This document shows positions 61,120 through 64,000 of a stretch of 64,000 nt of DNA, one piece after another. The position numbers were made by a program, and so were the translations under genes. A model generated the notes under the pieces. The model made no database searches and was not told the DNA's origin. It saw nothing but the letters and a program-made list of their open reading frames with translations. The DNA comes from Hemiscyllium ocellatum (taxonomy: Eukaryota). Location: the NCBI RefSeq assembly GCF_020745735.1, contig NC_083401.1, positions 108,807,740 to 108,871,739 on the forward strand, given 5' to 3'. Each line of letters begins with the position of its first letter. The first letter of the stretch is position 1.

Positions 61120-63330
61120 GCTTTGAGAAATCAGGTGAATTATTCACTGCAGCATTCTTGGTATCTACCTTGTTGTTGCAGCCACAATATTTATAAGCGT
61201 CTAGATTAGGGTGGTGCTGGAAAAGCACAGCCGGTCAGGCAGCATCTGAGGAGCAGGAAAAATCAACGTTTCGGGCAAAAGCCCTTCATCAGGAAGGGTC
61301 CTGATGAAGGGCTTTTGCCCGAAACATCGATTTTTCCTGCTCCTCGGATGCTGCCTGACCTGCTGTGCTTTTCCAGCACCACCCTAATCTAGACTCTGAT
61401 TTCCAGCATCTGCAGTCCTCACTTTTGCCACAATATTTATCAGTGCAGTTCAGTTTCTGATCAATAGAAAGCCCTAGAATATTAATAGCAGGGAATTCAG
61501 TGATGGTAATGACACTGAATGTTGAGGGCAATAGTTTGATACTCTCTGACTGGAAACGATCGTTGCTTGACACTTCAGTGGTATCGTATTGCATTTAGAC
61601 ATGGATTGCTTCAGTGTCTGAGGAGTCAAGAATGGTACTGAACATTGCACAGTGATCAGCGAACACCCTCACTTCTGACCTTATGATGGAGGGACAGTCA
61701 TTGACAAAACAGCTGCAGACAGTTGGATCTAGGACACTACCCTGAGGAACTCGTGCAGAGATGTCCTAGAGCTGCAATGACTGATTTCACTCCTAGAATT
61801 CAGCTCTTTTGTCCATGTTTGAACCAAGGCTGTAATGACGCCAGTAGCTGAGTGGTCCTGGCGGAACCGAAACTGGGCATCACTGAGCAGGTTATGGCTG
61901 AGCTGATGCTGCTTGATAACACTGTTGATGACACCTTCTATCACTTTACTGATGATCGAGAGTAAAATAATGGGGTGATAATTGGTCAGATTGGACGTCC
62001 TGCTTTTTGTGGACAAGCCTGGGCAGATTTCCACATTGTTGACTAGGTATCAGTGTTGCAGCTGTACTGGAATAACTTGGCTAGGAATGCAGCAAATTCT
62101 GGAGCACGAGTCTTCAGTAGAGCTGCCGGAATGTTATCAAGACTCATTGCCTTTGCAATTTTCATTGCTTCTAATTATATCTTGATGTCACGTGGAATGA
62201 ATTGAATTGGCTGAAGACTGATATCTGTGATTATGAGGAGGTTCTGGAAGTGGCCAAAATGGATCATTCACTCGACACTTCTGGCTGAAGTTTGTTGCAA
62301 ATGTTTGCATTGTAGTGCTCAGCTCCTCAATCTTTGAGGATGGGAATATTTATAGAGTATCCTCCTCCACTGAGATGCCCCACAATCATTCATGACTGAA
62401 TATTGCAGACTGCAGAGCTTAGATCTTATCTGTAGGTAGTTGAATTGCTTAGTTTGGTCTATTACTTGCTGCTAATTAGGTCTGGCACATAAGTAGTTTT
62501 TTTTTAAACCTTCATCAGGTTGACAGTTCAGTTTTGTGTATGCCTAATGCTGTTCCTGGCATGATCTCCTGCACTTTTCACTGAACCAGGGTCTAGCATG
62601 AGATTACAGATTGTGTTGTTATACTCCGCTGCTGTTGATGGTCCACAACACCTCATTTGATGCCAGTCTTGAGTTGCTAGATGTGTATGAAGTATATCCC
62701 ATTTAGCAGAGTGACAGTGCTACACAACATGATTTGGTGAATCCTGAATGTGGGCTGTTGTGGCGGTCACTTTTACCAATACTGTCATAGACAGATGAAA
62801 CTGCGGCAGGCATACTGGTGAGAAAGAGGTCAAAAATGCTTTTTTTTTCCTTCTTGTTGGCTCCCTCACCACCTGCAGCAAACCGGTAGCAACATCCTTT
62901 AGGAATTGGTCAGCTCAGTCAGTTGTGATGCTACTGAGCCAGTGTTGATGACGAACTTGAATATTCTGTGCCTTTTCCACCGTCGGTGCTTCCTTCAAGT
63001 GGTGTTCAACATGGAAGAATACTAATTATTTAGCCAAGGACTGGGGAGGGTGGTACACAGTCTGTAATAATCAACAGGAGGTTTCCTGGCCCACGATTCA
63101 ACTGATGCCATGAGACATCATGAGGTCCACAATCCATGTTGAGGGTTCCAAGAGCAGGTATACCATTGTAGCACAGTCTCTGCTGCTATATCCTGCTGGT
63201 GGGAAAGAACATAAACAGGGATAGTGATGGATGGTATAGTCTGGGACTCTGTAAGGCATGCGTATGACTACGTTGAACTATTGTTTGATGAGTGTGTGAT
63301 GCAGCTCTCGCAATCTTGGAACTTATCCTC
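61120..63330 (-). mobile_element. CR1/L2-clade LINE family B, long decayed fragment (RT and upstream)
   Basis: ORF 61729-62034 NYHPIILLSIISKVIEGVIN...LLSDAQFRFRQDHS is an RT N-terminal motif. Confidence 0.82.
61195..61426. mobile_element. Penelope-derived fold-back mini-element, family A subfamily, with CTGATGA cores
   Basis: About 95 bp arms of the same subfamily as the 54993 Penelope end. Exact 14-bp TSD gccacaatatttat (61181-61194 / 61427-61440). Cores at 61301-61328 (+) and 61265-61292 (-). Confidence 0.92.
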
Positions 63331-64000
63331 CTCGTGTTTAATTATGCCCCGTTATCTTTATAAACTCTTGTTAGCCGAAACACATTGGACCTTTTAATGC
63401 ATTTCCACCTTTCCTTCATTGCACCACAAATAGCTGTCCCTTTATCTTGCGAAGCATTATTCTGGAATTTCTTCCCTGAACATATCTACCTTTTATCCTC
63501 CCTCCCCTCCTTTAATATTTAGCTTAAAACTTCAAACTTTTGATCATTCTCTCAAGATATTTTTCTTTGTTCTAACATCCTATTTTGTCATCTTAAAAAA
63601 TGTGAAATGGAATATTTTACAACATTAAGGCACGATATTAAATGTAAGTTTTTGCTTGTGTACAGCTATGTTTGAAAAACCCATAATTTACATCTTTTGC
63701 AATTACCTATTCTGTTTTTTATAATGTTGTCGTCTTTAAATTTTTACTAATAATTCTAAGTGAGAAAATTACCTATATTATCTATTACCTCTCATTACCT
63801 CCATCTTAAGAAAACGAATTAATACTTGATGCTGATTTATAATGGACTGATTCATTACTGGAAGAGTTGCTGGTCTGTTATTTCATCAGCAAACCTCCTC
63901 CAGTGAAAACATTCACGCTTTCAGGAGGATTAATCCAAAAGCAGTTTTATACATATTGCATTTCAAGAAGGAGGCTGAAGTATTTAACAACACCAGGAGC

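Noticed and set aside
63655-63700. Candidate next ARAP2 exon after tgtgtacag
   Set aside because: The required frame hits a stop (C TAT GTT TGA) and lacks the expected WG motif.

Overview
AT-rich vertebrate genomic DNA, most likely from a shark or ray: it carries HE1-type V-SINEs, HER1/CR1 LINEs and Deu-domain SINEs. The window lies inside one + strand gene, ARAP2. Eight GT-AG coding exons (3757-3862, 14886-15033, 18717-18785, 22889-22963, 24440-24557, 27367-27495, 40940-41079, 49748-49830; 868 nt) join in frame and encode the end of the RhoGAP domain, the RA domain and most of the fifth PH domain. The flanking exons were not found in the window. The introns are packed with decayed retroelements, a fossil Harbinger transposase, a MITE, a solo LTR and one 156-N gap. 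The most striking structure is a set of about 11 Penelope-derived fold-back (inverted-arm) insertions, mostly 66-232 bp and one about 750 bp. Each has one long arm, one short arm and a 9-17 bp target-site duplication. Their arms carry a minimal hammerhead-ribozyme-like motif (CUGANGA-A-stem II-GAA-palindrome-H) whose stems covary across four element families in this window. Family assignments come from reading the sequence and recalled family knowledge; no searches or folding programs were run. Repeat boundaries are approximate unless a target-site duplication (TSD) is quoted.
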